Source: Methylococcaceae bacterium
GTDB taxonomy: Bacteria; Pseudomonadota; Gammaproteobacteria; Methylococcales; Methylococcaceae
DNA length: 64,000 nucleotides
Direction: 5' to 3'
NCBI GenBank assembly: GCA_044350805.1
Contig: JBILGU010000010.1
Coordinates: forward strand, 8,842 to 72,841
The notes below the pieces were generated by a model, which searched no databases, had not been told where the DNA came from, and worked only from the letters and a program-made list of their open reading frames with translations. Position 1 is the first letter of the stretch. Every line of letters starts with the position of its first letter. Both the position numbers and the translations under genes were made by a program. Shown piece by piece: positions 24,125 through 33,738 of this stretch.

Positions 24125-24991
24125 TTAGGGGGTGTCGCTGATGTGTCCTATCGCGCTGCCCATTCTCACCGAAGATCCCGAGGTAATGTTTTCGTCGAAG
24201 GTCGCCCTGGGGTTGCCGAAGAGGACGACGATGGTCGACCCCATGTTAAATCGCCCCATCTCGGCCCCTTTTTCAAGCACGATGTTTGCTGGGTCGTAGC
24301 GCACGGCGAACACGTCTTTTCTCGTTGGTGGCGTAACAACCCCGTGCCACACGGTCTCGATGCTGGCGACGAAAATGGCCCCGACCAGAATCAAAGCCAT
24401 AGGACCGACCTCGGTATCGAAAATAGCGACGACACGTTCGTTTCTCGCAAAAAGTCCGGGTACATTTCGCGTCGTTGTATCGTTGACACTGAAGAGTCTT
24501 CCAGGGACATGAATCATTTCCCGCAAGGTCCCAGTCAACGGCATATGAAGTCGGTGATAGTCCCGGGGGGAGAGATAAACCGTGGCAAAACTGCCTCCCA
24601 GAAAGGGCGCTGCCCGTTCTGTACTTCCGCCTAATAGCGCCTCGACCGTGTAGTCGAAGCCTTTTGCCTGAATGATGCTCCCGTTCACAATCGGTCCCTT
24701 TTGGCTCAGGAAACCGTCAGCCGGTGAGGCAATCGAGTTGGCTGGCGATGCAATCGGTCGAGCCTCTGGCTTGAGCGGTCGGGTGAAAAACGCATTAAAG
24801 GAGGGATAGGCCCTAGGATCACTCTCTTGAGCCTCGGACAGATCAATCTGGTATGCCGATGAAATCTTCCGAATCATGAGATTCTTGATGATGGGATTTT
24901 CACAGTACGTGAACTTGCCCATCAGTCTCGACAGCCAATGGTGCGGAAGTGCGTATTGTCCGAGAACAAAAGCTTTTTCAGTCAGTGACAT
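24125..24991 (-). CDS. psd: Phosphatidylserine decarboxylase proenzyme
   Basis: FFTRPLKPEARP, YLSPRDYHRLHMP, and the self-cleavage region FNMGSTIVVLF (the G-S-T site). Confidence 0.93.
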   Translation of the reverse strand: MSLTEKAFVLGQYALPHHWLSRLMGKFTYCENPIIKNLMIRKISSAYQIDLSEAQESDPRAYPSFNAFFTRPLKPEARPIASPANSIASPADGFLSQKGPIVNGSIIQAKGFDYTVEALLGGSTERAAPFLGGSFATVYLSPRDYHRLHMPLTGTLREMIHVPGRLFSVNDTTTRNVPGLFARNERVVAIFDTEVGPMALILVGAIFVASIETVWHGVVTPPTRKDVFAVRYDPANIVLEKGAEMGRFNMGSTIVVLFGNPRATFDENITSGSSVRMGSAIGHISDTP

Positions 24992-25021
24992 AAGGTTGGA
25001 TGTTTTAGACGATGGTGTCGG

Positions 25022-25636
25022 TTAGTTCTTCTTCGAGCGCTTGGGGTGGTTCAGGGCAATCGTGTGATGCTCCATATAGCGCTTGAAGCTGGCATAGGAC
25101 TGGCGGCACATTTCCGCCGAGTTGAAAGGCAGGCTTCTCAAGCGGCGAACAGTGACGGACTCCCGAACATTTCGGATCCAAAGCCACTGCACCGCAAAGT
25201 ACCCGATCAGTGCGCCCAGATGCATGAGGATCAGGCAGCCAACCAGCAACGGGGCGCCCAGTGTCATCGCCCTTTCGATGCTAAAGAACTCCGAAAACTG
25301 TTCAAAGCTGAAGGTCGCTGAGCCCAGAGCAATGGCACCCACTTCATAGGCAAAGTAATACATTGGGAGCCAGGTCAGCGGGTTGGTAATCCAGACCAAT
25401 GCCACCGCGATCGGCAGGTTGGCGCCAAAATAGATCGCGCCAACCGCTGCCAGAACCTGTTGCCAAGGCAGGGGGGGCGTGTACATCGCCCAAAGACCGA
25501 CGGCAAAAGCGCGGGAAACCGAGTGTCGATTGAGATACCAGAGGTTTGGCGAGTAAATTCTCTCGCCCAAAAAACGGAGTGACTTGATTTCCCGGATCTT
25601 TGCGGGGTCCGGGAGGTAACGCCTGAAGATCTTCAT
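25022..25636 (-). CDS. DUF2062-family membrane protein
   Basis: MKIFRRYLPDPAKIRE...LNRHSVSRAFAVGLWAMYTPPLPWQ..IAVALVWITNPLT fits the DUF2062 pattern as I recall it. Confidence 0.7.
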   Translation of the reverse strand: MKIFRRYLPDPAKIREIKSLRFLGERIYSPNLWYLNRHSVSRAFAVGLWAMYTPPLPWQQVLAAVGAIYFGANLPIAVALVWITNPLTWLPMYYFAYEVGAIALGSATFSFEQFSEFFSIERAMTLGAPLLVGCLILMHLGALIGYFAVQWLWIRNVRESVTVRRLRSLPFNSAEMCRQSYASFKRYMEHHTIALNHPKRSKKN

Positions 25637-25731
25637 ATTTTTCTCGTTATTGCTTAAGCGTCACGCAGCCGAAGCGGCCATTCTACGAATTCGCTATAAA
25701 AAGCGATACAGGACAATATTCCAACTCGGTT

Positions 25732-27027
25732 TCAGTGTTGACCCCAACGATCAAAGGCGCGTGGGTCGATCTGATGAATGGCCAGCAAGGCCATTATCCA
25801 GAGCACGGTGAAGTATCCACCAAATGCCATAAATCCATAATCTCCTCCCAAGGTTTCGACCAATGCCGCAACCAGAAGAGGAGCGGTACTCCCAAAAATG
25901 GGGGAGGCAAGATTCACCGACATACTGATCCCGCTATACCGAATGGGCGTTGGAAACAATGCCGTGACTGAGGCAAAGGCCGTACTGCAATAGGCCCCAA
26001 GGATTAGGCTCAAAACAAAGTAGGCGGAAAGGGTGAAAGCGATATCCCAGTGACCGGACAGGGTGATGACCAGGGGCAGGGAGAGGAGGAGAAGCAGTTG
26101 CGAGGTCCGCATCAGCACGGACTTGTAGCCGATGCGGTCAGCAATGACACCGCTGGCAAGGGTTGCAATCAGTGACAGGATGAGTCCAATGGAGGTGACC
26201 ATCAATGCTCTGGCAGAGGAAAGTCCAAGGCCCGTTACCAGATAGCTGTTGAAATAAACAAAGCAAAAGAAAAAGCCACACGTCATGGGCGCCACAATGC
26301 CAATGGCGGTCAGCGTGGCCCCCCGATACTTGCCATGAATTTCCCCCAAGGGGTTTTTTTGCAGGCGATTTTCATTGCGAGCAATTTCAAAAACCATACT
26401 TTCAGACATCTTGCGTCGGATCTTAAATCCGAGCCAGGCTGCTCCAATCCCCAAGATGAAAGGGATGCGCCAGCCCCAGTTTTCGAAGTCCTGCTGATCC
26501 AGAAGGAGTGCAAGGCTGCTTGCCATCACGGTGCCCGCCAATAGTCCAAGGCAAGTACTGGCTTGAATCCAGGCTGACGCCCGTCCGATTTGCGCCCGAG
26601 GGGTATGTTCCATGACGAATGTGACGGCTCCCCCCATCTCCCCACCCAGGGCCATCCCTTGTAAGAGACGAAGAAAAATCAGGAATGCCGTAGCCCAGCC
26701 CCCGATTTGCGCATAGTCAGGCAAAAGGCCAATGGCCGCAGTGGGTACCGCCATGCCCAAAATGGAGAGTGAAAGTGCCCTTTTTCGTCCGTGACGGTCA
26801 CCAATGGCGCTGAATATCATGGCGCCGAGGGGCCGCATGAAAAAGCTCACACTAAAGACGGCAAAAGTGGCCAGAATCTGGTCCCCCTCTGCAAAGAAAT
26901 GGCGGCTGATCAGTACGGAAAAGTGCCCGTAAAGGGCGAAGTCGTACCACTCTAGAATGTTGCCGACAATGCCTGCAATGAATGGGCTTTTTGAGTGAGA
27001 TGCCGGTCGCTGCGTTTCTTGACTCAT
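25732..27027 (-). CDS. MFS transporter, metabolite:H+ symporter (ProP/KgtP-like) family
   Basis: GNILEWYDFALYGHF.., GDRHGRKRAL, 12-TM layout, 431 aa. Confidence 0.85.
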   Translation of the reverse strand: MSQETQRPASHSKSPFIAGIVGNILEWYDFALYGHFSVLISRHFFAEGDQILATFAVFSVSFFMRPLGAMIFSAIGDRHGRKRALSLSILGMAVPTAAIGLLPDYAQIGGWATAFLIFLRLLQGMALGGEMGGAVTFVMEHTPRAQIGRASAWIQASTCLGLLAGTVMASSLALLLDQQDFENWGWRIPFILGIGAAWLGFKIRRKMSESMVFEIARNENRLQKNPLGEIHGKYRGATLTAIGIVAPMTCGFFFCFVYFNSYLVTGLGLSSARALMVTSIGLILSLIATLASGVIADRIGYKSVLMRTSQLLLLLSLPLVITLSGHWDIAFTLSAYFVLSLILGAYCSTAFASVTALFPTPIRYSGISMSVNLASPIFGSTAPLLVAALVETLGGDYGFMAFGGYFTVLWIMALLAIHQIDPRAFDRWGQH

Positions 27028-28034
27028 GTCGGATCCGGCGGGTCGTTTTCAGGCTTCGGTTCGCGAACCAAAAGATTGCTGACCGCCTCGTGAGGGGGCA
27101 GCCCCTCATAGAGAATTCGGTATACCTGTTCGGTGATCGGCATTTCAATCCGATGTCGAAGTGAGATTTCGCGAACGATTCTCGCCGTCGGTATGCCCTC
27201 GATTTCTTGCCCGATCTGGGTAGCGATCTCCTCGGCCGCAAGCCCTTTTCCAAGTCCAAGCCCAAAACGCCGATTCCTGGACTGGTTGTCCGTGCAGGTG
27301 AGGATGAGATCGCCCACACCGGAGAGGCCCATCAGGGTTTCTGGTCTTCCACCGAGCGTTAAGCCAAGGCGCATGAGCTCAGCCAGTCCTCGCGTAATGA
27401 GAGCCGCCCGGGCATTGGCGCCGTATCCGAGTCCATCGGCAACGCCTGCGGCAATGGCCAGGACGTTCTTGACGGCACCGCCAAGTTCGACCCCAACCAC
27501 ATCGGTCGTCGTATAAGCCCGAAACTTTGGGTTGTGAAAAATGGTAACCAGCTCACTGGCAAAGGATTCTGACTCTGAGGCGACCGTGATGGCAGTGGGC
27601 TGCCCGCGAGCGACCTCCCCTGCAAAGGTCGGGCCGGAGAGTATTGCTGCGGGAAAGGTATCGCCGAGCACGCTTTTGACGACATGATGGAGGGGAAGGC
27701 CGGTGTTCAACTCCAGACCTTTGGTGGCCCATGCGATTCCACAGGGGGCTTTAAGGCAGGAGGGTAATCGTTCCAGAAGCTCTCTGAACGCGTGGCTGGG
27801 GACGGCGATTACAACCAATGAGCATCCGCGAATGGCCTCGCTCAGGTCAGGTTGGGGAACGAGATTGCTCGGAATAGGGACGTCGGGAAGATACTGAGCG
27901 TTACAGCGATCCTTCTGAATTTGCTCCAGTTGCCTTGGATTGTGTCCCCAAAGATGAACGTTGTGGTTGTTCCGGGCGAGGACCAGTGCAAGCGCTGTTC
28001 CCCAGGAACCTGCGCCGAGAACGGCAATCTGCAT
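27024..28034 (-). CDS. gpsA: NAD(P)H-dependent glycerol-3-phosphate dehydrogenase
   Basis: MQIAVLGAGSWGTALA.., LSGPTFAGEVA, GAVKNVLAIAAG, NQSRNRRFG. Confidence 0.95.
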   Translation of the reverse strand: MQIAVLGAGSWGTALALVLARNNHNVHLWGHNPRQLEQIQKDRCNAQYLPDVPIPSNLVPQPDLSEAIRGCSLVVIAVPSHAFRELLERLPSCLKAPCGIAWATKGLELNTGLPLHHVVKSVLGDTFPAAILSGPTFAGEVARGQPTAITVASESESFASELVTIFHNPKFRAYTTTDVVGVELGGAVKNVLAIAAGVADGLGYGANARAALITRGLAELMRLGLTLGGRPETLMGLSGVGDLILTCTDNQSRNRRFGLGLGKGLAAEEIATQIGQEIEGIPTARIVREISLRHRIEMPITEQVYRILYEGLPPHEAVSNLLVREPKPENDPPDPT

Positions 28035-28085
28035 TATCGCTTCCCTGACGGGGTTAAAACGAGCACCTCCATGTTTATGGCAGGC

Positions 28086-28550
28086 CTAATGGCTCGTTTG
28101 GCTGCCGACGCTCAGCTCTTCGAGACGTTGCGCATAGAGTCCGTCGAAATTCACCGGGGCGAGAAGCATCGGAGGAAAGCCGCCCTTGATGACCAGATCA
28201 GATACGGCCTCTCTGGCATAAGGAAATAGGATGCTGGGACAGTAACTTCCAAGCAGATGGCCCAGTTCATTCTCACCAAAACCGAGGGCACCAAAAATGC
28301 CGGCCTGAGAGACCTCGATGAGGTAAGCCGTTTTCTGTTCCAAGGTCACAGTGACCGTGACCTTCAGTGTCACCTCAAAGGTATTTTCCTGAATTTGCTG
28401 GGCGTTGCTTCCGAGATTGAAGTCAATCTCAGGCTCCCAGTCGATCATGAAAATCTGGGGTGAATTGGGTGTTTCGAAGGAAACATCCTTGACATAGATC
28501 TTTTGGACCCGAAATTGTGGATCAGTAGGGGCTTGGTTTTCTTCGGCCAT
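28086..28550 (-). CDS. secB: Protein-export chaperone SecB
   Basis: FRVQKIYVKDVSFETPNSP..., CPSILFPYAREAVSDLVIKGGFPPMLLAPVNFDGLY. Confidence 0.95.
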   Translation of the reverse strand: MAEENQAPTDPQFRVQKIYVKDVSFETPNSPQIFMIDWEPEIDFNLGSNAQQIQENTFEVTLKVTVTVTLEQKTAYLIEVSQAGIFGALGFGENELGHLLGSYCPSILFPYAREAVSDLVIKGGFPPMLLAPVNFDGLYAQRLEELSVGSQTSH

Positions 28551-28586
28551 GACGCGGATTCTCTGTTGAAGTTTCGTTGTAGCCGT

Positions 28587-29033
28587 TTACTTGCTGCGCT
28601 TTTTTGTCATGGGAAGGTTTTGGTCTTTCCACGCAAAAATCCCGCCCTTCATTTCATAGACTTGGGTAAAGCCGAGCTTGGTGAGTTTTTTTCCGGCGGC
28701 CAGCGAGCGGGTGCCTGACTGACAGTTCACAACAATCGGCTTGTTCTTGTGGCTTTCCAGTTCGCCGACCCGCTCGTCGAGCTTTCCGAGCGGAATGTTG
28801 CGCGCACCTTCGATATGGCCTTCGGCAAATTCGGGGGGTTCGCGAACGTCGACGACGATCGTTTGATCATCATTCATGATGACGACGGCTTCACTCGGGG
28901 AAACGGTTTTATGTTTTCGGGTCGCACTGTCGATGATGTCCTGGATCAGGAGGATCGTCACGACAAAGAGTGCAGCAGCCATCATCCAGTGATTGCTGAT
29001 GAATTCGAAAAGTTGTTCAGGAGAAACGTTCAT
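28587..29033 (-). CDS. Membrane-anchored single-domain rhodanese (YibN-like)
   Basis: N-terminal TM helix (WMMAAALFVVTILLI), then a rhodanese fold with the active-site loop VNCQSGTRS. It occupies the same position relative to secB-gpsA and gpmI-envC as E. coli yibN. Confidence 0.88.
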   Translation of the reverse strand: MNVSPEQLFEFISNHWMMAAALFVVTILLIQDIIDSATRKHKTVSPSEAVVIMNDDQTIVVDVREPPEFAEGHIEGARNIPLGKLDERVGELESHKNKPIVVNCQSGTRSLAAGKKLTKLGFTQVYEMKGGIFAWKDQNLPMTKKRSK

Positions 29034-29064
29034 GAGAGTTTTGATGTGCTTTATGTTTTAAATT

Positions 29065-29373
29065 TTAGTGGCTGTCGCTGCAGAAAACTTCCCGCATCAG
29101 AGCGATCAGTTTGAGCGTTCGTTTGTCGTCGATCTGGTAGTACACACGGTTCGACTCTTTTTCGCAGCCGAGGATCCCCTTCTCCCGCAGAATCGCAAGA
29201 TGCTGGGAGATATTGCTTTGGGTCGTGCCGCAGGCATCGACGATCTCCTGAACGCTGGCGCGCGAGTCGCCCAGCATACAGAGGATTTTGAGCCGGAGTG
29301 GGTGAGCCATCGCCTTGATCGAGAGCGCGGCTTGCGTGATGTCCTGTTCGCGGTTAATCAATTCATCCTTCAT
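29065..29373 (-). CDS. ArsR/SmtB-family winged-helix regulator, BigR/SqrR-like two-cysteine type
   Basis: HPLRLKILCML (Cys32), a wHTH block (TQSNISQHLAILREKGIL), and C-terminal VFCSDSH (Cys98). There is no ELCVCD metal site. Confidence 0.85.
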   Translation of the reverse strand: MKDELINREQDITQAALSIKAMAHPLRLKILCMLGDSRASVQEIVDACGTTQSNISQHLAILREKGILGCEKESNRVYYQIDDKRTLKLIALMREVFCSDSH

Positions 29374-29522
29374 CGACTCTCACTCGTATTAGCGGCTGTT
29401 CAATCCCGGACACGCAGGGCATCTGAGAGGACGAAGCGGTCAAAACCCGCTAAAATCGGGGGAAAAGGGCGGGTCGCAAACCGTCTTGCCCTCGCATTGC
29501 CCCACCATGAATATACGCTTCA

Positions 29523-31094
29523 ATGAAGCCTGTCCTAGGAGATTATACGTTGAACTCGCATCGCCCTAAACCTGTGGTCTTAGTTATTCTGGACGGCTTC
29601 GGCTACAACGAATCATCACAATACAATGCGATTTCCGCGGCCAAGGCCCCGACCTGGAGGCATCTATGGGCCTCTTGTGCCCATACGACGCTGGATTGCG
29701 CAGGTGAAACCGTTGGGTTGCCCGATGATCAGATGGGGAACTCTGAAGTGGGTCACCTCCACTTGGGAGCCGGACGATTAATCAATCAGGATTTTACGGC
29801 CGTCAACAAAGCGGTTCGGGATGGCTCCTTTTTTAACAATCCTGCACTGACGCAGGCAGTAGATCTTGCAAAGGCCAACGACAAGGCGGTCCATATTTTC
29901 GGGCTGCTATCCCCGGGTGGCGTCCATAGCCATGATCAACAGATTCAAGCGATGGCCGAATTAGCGGTTAAGCGTGGGGTCAACAAAGTCTACATGCACG
30001 CATTCCTTGATGGCCGTGACACGCCGCCTCAGAGTGCAGAGGGCCCTATCCAGCGACTTGAAAATAAATTTAAGGAGTTGGGGACGGGGCAGATCGCTGG
30101 CCTCTGTGGCCGCTTCTATGCCATGGATCGAGACAATCGCTGGGATCGGGTAGAAAAAGCCTATGACCTGATTGTTTCGGGCCAGGCTGAATTCAAGGCC
30201 GCAACGGCGCTTGAAGGGCTCAAGGCGGCCTATGATCGCGGAGAAACCGATGAGTTTGTCGCAACGACCAGTATCGTTTCAGACGGGCAAAAGCCAGTTC
30301 ATCTTGAAAATGGGGATGTCGTCGTCTTCATGAATTTCCGTGCCGATCGGGCACGAGAAATCAGCAAGGCGATCAATGATGCGGATTTCAGCGGGTTTGA
30401 GCGGAAGGAAGTTCGCAAGCTTGGCAGCTACGTCACCTTGACTGAGTACCACCAGAATTTCACCTATCCGATTGCTTTTCCACCCCAGACGATCACCAAC
30501 ACCTTGGGTGAGGTGCTTTCACGTCAGGGCCTCAAGCAACTTCGTTTGGCCGAAACCGAGAAGTACGCGCATGTCACATTTTTCTTCAATGGTGGCATTG
30601 ACGAGCCTTTTGAGGGGGAATCACGAATCCTGATTCCTTCGCCGCAGGTCAAAACCTATGACCTTCAGCCGGAAATGAGTGCAGCTGAGGTGACCGACGA
30701 AATGGTCAAAGCCATCGAAGGCGGTGAATTCGATGTGATCATTTGCAACTATGCCAACGGCGACATGGTCGGGCACACAGGAATCATGGACGCTGCGGTC
30801 AAGGCGGTTGAGACGCTTGACGCCTCCCTCGCACGGATTACGGCAGCTTTAGATACGGTGGGTGGGGAGCTCCTCATTACTGCCGATCATGGCAATGTTG
30901 AGCAAATGGTTGATCTGGATACCGGTGTGGCTCTCACTCAGCACACCACGTTCCCGGTGCCCTTGGTTTACCGGGGAAAGTCCGAAAAGAAGCTTTTGGA
31001 TGGCGGAAATCTGGCAGATATCGCGCCGACCATGCTGGATCTTCTGGGCATTGCGAAACCTGCCGAGATGACCGGTCGATCTCTTCTCGCTTAA
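29523..31094 (+). CDS. gpmI: 2,3-bisphosphoglycerate-independent phosphoglycerate mutase
   Basis: [56 protein letters not shown] 29550 sits 8 nt after AGGAG and may be the real start rather than ATG 29523. Confidence 0.95.
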   Translation: MKPVLGDYTLNSHRPKPVVLVILDGFGYNESSQYNAISAAKAPTWRHLWASCAHTTLDCAGETVGLPDDQMGNSEVGHLHLGAGRLINQDFTAVNKAVRDGSFFNNPALTQAVDLAKANDKAVHIFGLLSPGGVHSHDQQIQAMAELAVKRGVNKVYMHAFLDGRDTPPQSAEGPIQRLENKFKELGTGQIAGLCGRFYAMDRDNRWDRVEKAYDLIVSGQAEFKAATALEGLKAAYDRGETDEFVATTSIVSDGQKPVHLENGDVVVFMNFRADRAREISKAINDADFSGFERKEVRKLGSYVTLTEYHQNFTYPIAFPPQTITNTLGEVLSRQGLKQLRLAETEKYAHVTFFFNGGIDEPFEGESRILIPSPQVKTYDLQPEMSAAEVTDEMVKAIEGGEFDVIICNYANGDMVGHTGIMDAAVKAVETLDASLARITAALDTVGGELLITADHGNVEQMVDLDTGVALTQHTTFPVPLVYRGKSEKKLLDGGNLADIAPTMLDLLGIAKPAEMTGRSLLA

Positions 31095-31116
31095 TTCAAG
31101 CCAACCGGCCACGCGA

Positions 31117-32262
31117 ATGCAAAGGCTGAACAATCGCACGGGTGCCCTTGCGGTTGTCCTGTTCCTGAGCGTGGCATGGGGGGGGGCGTACGGTCTTGAG
31201 GAGGGGGCCGATCAGGCCGAGATCCGAGACCGGATGGAGCAGACGCGTCAAAAGCATGCAGCCCTTCTGGGGGTCAGGGAGCATCTGAATCAGCAGCTTT
31301 CGCAGCTCGAGATTCAGCAGGGCGTTCTGAGTACCAAAATTGGTGAGCTTGAGGTGCAGGCGAAGCAACACGAACGCCGGATGCGTGAACTGAAGAAACA
31401 GCGCGATGATCTCAAGTCGGATATTGCTACGCAACAAAAGCATCTGGCGGGTCAATTGCGAAGTGCGCATGTGATTGGCAGTAAAGATTGGCTCAAGCTG
31501 CTTTTAAATCAGGAGGATGCCTCGCATTTGGCGCGTGTGCTAGCCTACTACGGCTATCTCAGTCAGGCGAGATCCGATCTGATTCAGCGCCTTGAGAATC
31601 AGATCACGCGGCTTGAATCGCTCGAACGGGATTTGAACGATGAGGCAACTCTCAAGTCTGAACTTCGTCGCCAGTCGCAACAAGAGAAGCTCGCCCTGGC
31701 CGAGTCGAGCAAGGCGAGAAGGCAGCTGCTGAAGGGTTGGGACCGAGAGCTCAAGGACCAGGCCGAACAAATGCGAGAAGACCAGCGCAGTCTTGGAATT
31801 TTGGTAGAGTCTTTTTCGATGGACGCCAAAGATCAGATTCAGCAGCCCCTGGTCCGATCAACCCCCGAGGCTTCCCCCGCAGAAGGACCCGCGCGCTGCC
31901 CGCCGCAGGGGACGATCACGGCCAAGTTTGGAAGCCCTCGAATGACCAGTCGATGGGATGGTCTCCTGATCAGTGGCAAGGAGGGTTCGCCCGTTCGAGC
32001 GATTGCGGCAGGCAAAATATCCTTTGCCGATTGGTTTCGTGGATATGGGCTTTTGACGATTATTGACCATGGCAATGGGGTCATGAGTCTGTATGCCTTT
32101 AACCAAAGTTTGAACAAATCCAAAGGAGACTCGGTTGCCGCCGGAGATGTCATTGCCGCCCTGGGAGCAACGGGTGGAAGAGATAAGCCTGGCTTATATT
32201 TCGGGATCCGTACGCAGGGCAAACCCGTCGATCCCTTAGTCTGGTGTAAACAAGTTCATTAA
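31117..32262 (+). CDS. envC: Murein hydrolase activator EnvC-like (coiled coil + M23/LytM domain)
   Basis: Signal peptide, a long Q/E/L-rich coiled coil, and a C-terminal LytM block GLLISGKEGSPVRAIAAGKISFADWFRGYGLLTIIDHGNGVMSLY. Conserved position after gpmI. Confidence 0.85.
   Translation: MQRLNNRTGALAVVLFLSVAWGGAYGLEEGADQAEIRDRMEQTRQKHAALLGVREHLNQQLSQLEIQQGVLSTKIGELEVQAKQHERRMRELKKQRDDLKSDIATQQKHLAGQLRSAHVIGSKDWLKLLLNQEDASHLARVLAYYGYLSQARSDLIQRLENQITRLESLERDLNDEATLKSELRRQSQQEKLALAESSKARRQLLKGWDRELKDQAEQMREDQRSLGILVESFSMDAKDQIQQPLVRSTPEASPAEGPARCPPQGTITAKFGSPRMTSRWDGLLISGKEGSPVRAIAAGKISFADWFRGYGLLTIIDHGNGVMSLYAFNQSLNKSKGDSVAAGDVIAALGATGGRDKPGLYFGIRTQGKPVDPLVWCKQVH
31178..31186. repeat. G9 homopolymer in the envC signal-peptide region
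   Basis: gtg gca tgg ggg ggg gcg (V A W G G A). Confidence 0.9.
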
Positions 32263-32272
32263 CCATTTTTTT

Positions 32273-33679
32273 ATGTTCATTTCTGACAAGGCCAAACTTA
32301 TGCTTTCTACCTCCAAGTTTCGAGCAGTCATCGCACCGATCATGGCTGGCGTGTTTGTTCTGACGCAATCAGGCATGGTTTTGGCCGAAAAACCACCAGC
32401 CCCCAAGGTGGAAGCGACCGATAGTAGCCAGATTCCATTTGAGGGATTGAAGGCGTTTTCTGAGGTTTATGGCCGAATTAAGCAGGATTACGTCGAACCT
32501 GTGAAAGATGACAAACTCCTTGAGGACGCAATTCGCGGCATGCTGTCCGGCCTGGATCCTCACTCTGCATACCTTGATAAAGAACAGTACGAGGAGCTCA
32601 AAGTCGGTACGACGGGGCAGTTTGGTGGCTTGGGTATCGAAGTTGGAATGGAAAACGGTTTTGTAAAAGTGATCTCTCCCATCGATGAGACTCCGGCGCA
32701 AAAGGCGGGTGTCAAGGCGGGTGACCTGATTATTCGCTTGGATGACAAACCCGTTAAGGGGCTGAGTCTGAACGATGCCGTCAAGATCATGCGCGGTGAG
32801 CCTGGCAGCGCCATTGTGCTTACCATCGTGAGAGAGGGGGCTGAGCAGCCGATCAAGCTCAAATTGATCCGAGACATCATTAAGGTCAAGAGTGTTCGTA
32901 GTCGGCTTCTTGAACCGGGCTATGGGTACGTCAGGCTCTCAAGTTTCCAAGCCAAGACCGGTGAGAGCATGATCGAAGCCATTGAAGAAATGAAGAAATC
33001 AGGAAAGCTCAAGGGCTTGGTCCTGGATTTACGAAACAACCCAGGTGGCGTTCTCAATGCTGCAGTCACTGTCAGTGATGCGTTTCTGGATGAAGGCCTG
33101 GTGGTCTACACCGATGGTCGTATTGAAGATTCAAAGATGAAGTTCAATGCAACGACCGGAGATTTGCTTGAGGGAGCCCCGATTGTTGTCCTGATTAATG
33201 CAGGTTCCGCCTCGGCCTCCGAGATCGTTGCAGGGGCCCTGCAGGATCATAATCGGGCCGTGATCATGGGTGAAAAAACCTTTGGGAAGGGCTCGGTTCA
33301 GACGATCTTGCCAACCAGTAATGGCGCGGCAGTCAAGTTGACCACCGCCCGCTACTACACCCCTTCAGGACGCTCAATTCAGGCCGAGGGTATTTCGCCA
33401 GATGTTCTCATTTCCAAGGTCAAGCTTGAAGCGGCGAATCAGTCAGAGTTCGGCCCCATCAAGGAAGCGGATCTTGCGAACCACCTTGAGAACAATAATC
33501 CCTCGCCCAAGCGTGAGCCGATCAAGGAATTGACAGCGCCTAAGGAAACTCCCAAAGGCGCAGCGGATTCCGAAGATGCTTTGGCGCTTCAGGACTATCC
33601 TCTGAATGAGGCTTTGAACCTTCTGCGTGGGATCAATATCGTGAAGAAGACTCCGAAAGCGACTTCAGCAAAGCCTTAA
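32273..33679 (+). CDS. ctpA: Carboxy-terminal processing protease (S41A) with PDZ domain
   Basis: PDZ block (GGLGIEVGMENGFVKVISPIDETPAQKAGVKAGDLI), catalytic Ser block (NAGSASASEIVAGALQD) and Lys block (TFGKGSVQT). Confidence 0.92.
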   Translation: MFISDKAKLMLSTSKFRAVIAPIMAGVFVLTQSGMVLAEKPPAPKVEATDSSQIPFEGLKAFSEVYGRIKQDYVEPVKDDKLLEDAIRGMLSGLDPHSAYLDKEQYEELKVGTTGQFGGLGIEVGMENGFVKVISPIDETPAQKAGVKAGDLIIRLDDKPVKGLSLNDAVKIMRGEPGSAIVLTIVREGAEQPIKLKLIRDIIKVKSVRSRLLEPGYGYVRLSSFQAKTGESMIEAIEEMKKSGKLKGLVLDLRNNPGGVLNAAVTVSDAFLDEGLVVYTDGRIEDSKMKFNATTGDLLEGAPIVVLINAGSASASEIVAGALQDHNRAVIMGEKTFGKGSVQTILPTSNGAAVKLTTARYYTPSGRSIQAEGISPDVLISKVKLEAANQSEFGPIKEADLANHLENNNPSPKREPIKELTAPKETPKGAADSEDALALQDYPLNEALNLLRGINIVKKTPKATSAKP

Positions 33680-33738
33680 AACTTGAGCCCATCTGGTATG
33701 GGAATGCTTCATTAGAAGCTTTTCCATGCCGGTAGGGC

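Noticed and set aside
29374-29522. Looked for an ATTC-N7/8-GAAT operator in the arsR/gpmI divergent region
   Set aside because: Only imperfect candidates are present (for example ATTGccccaccatGAAT). Nothing is convincing enough to annotate.
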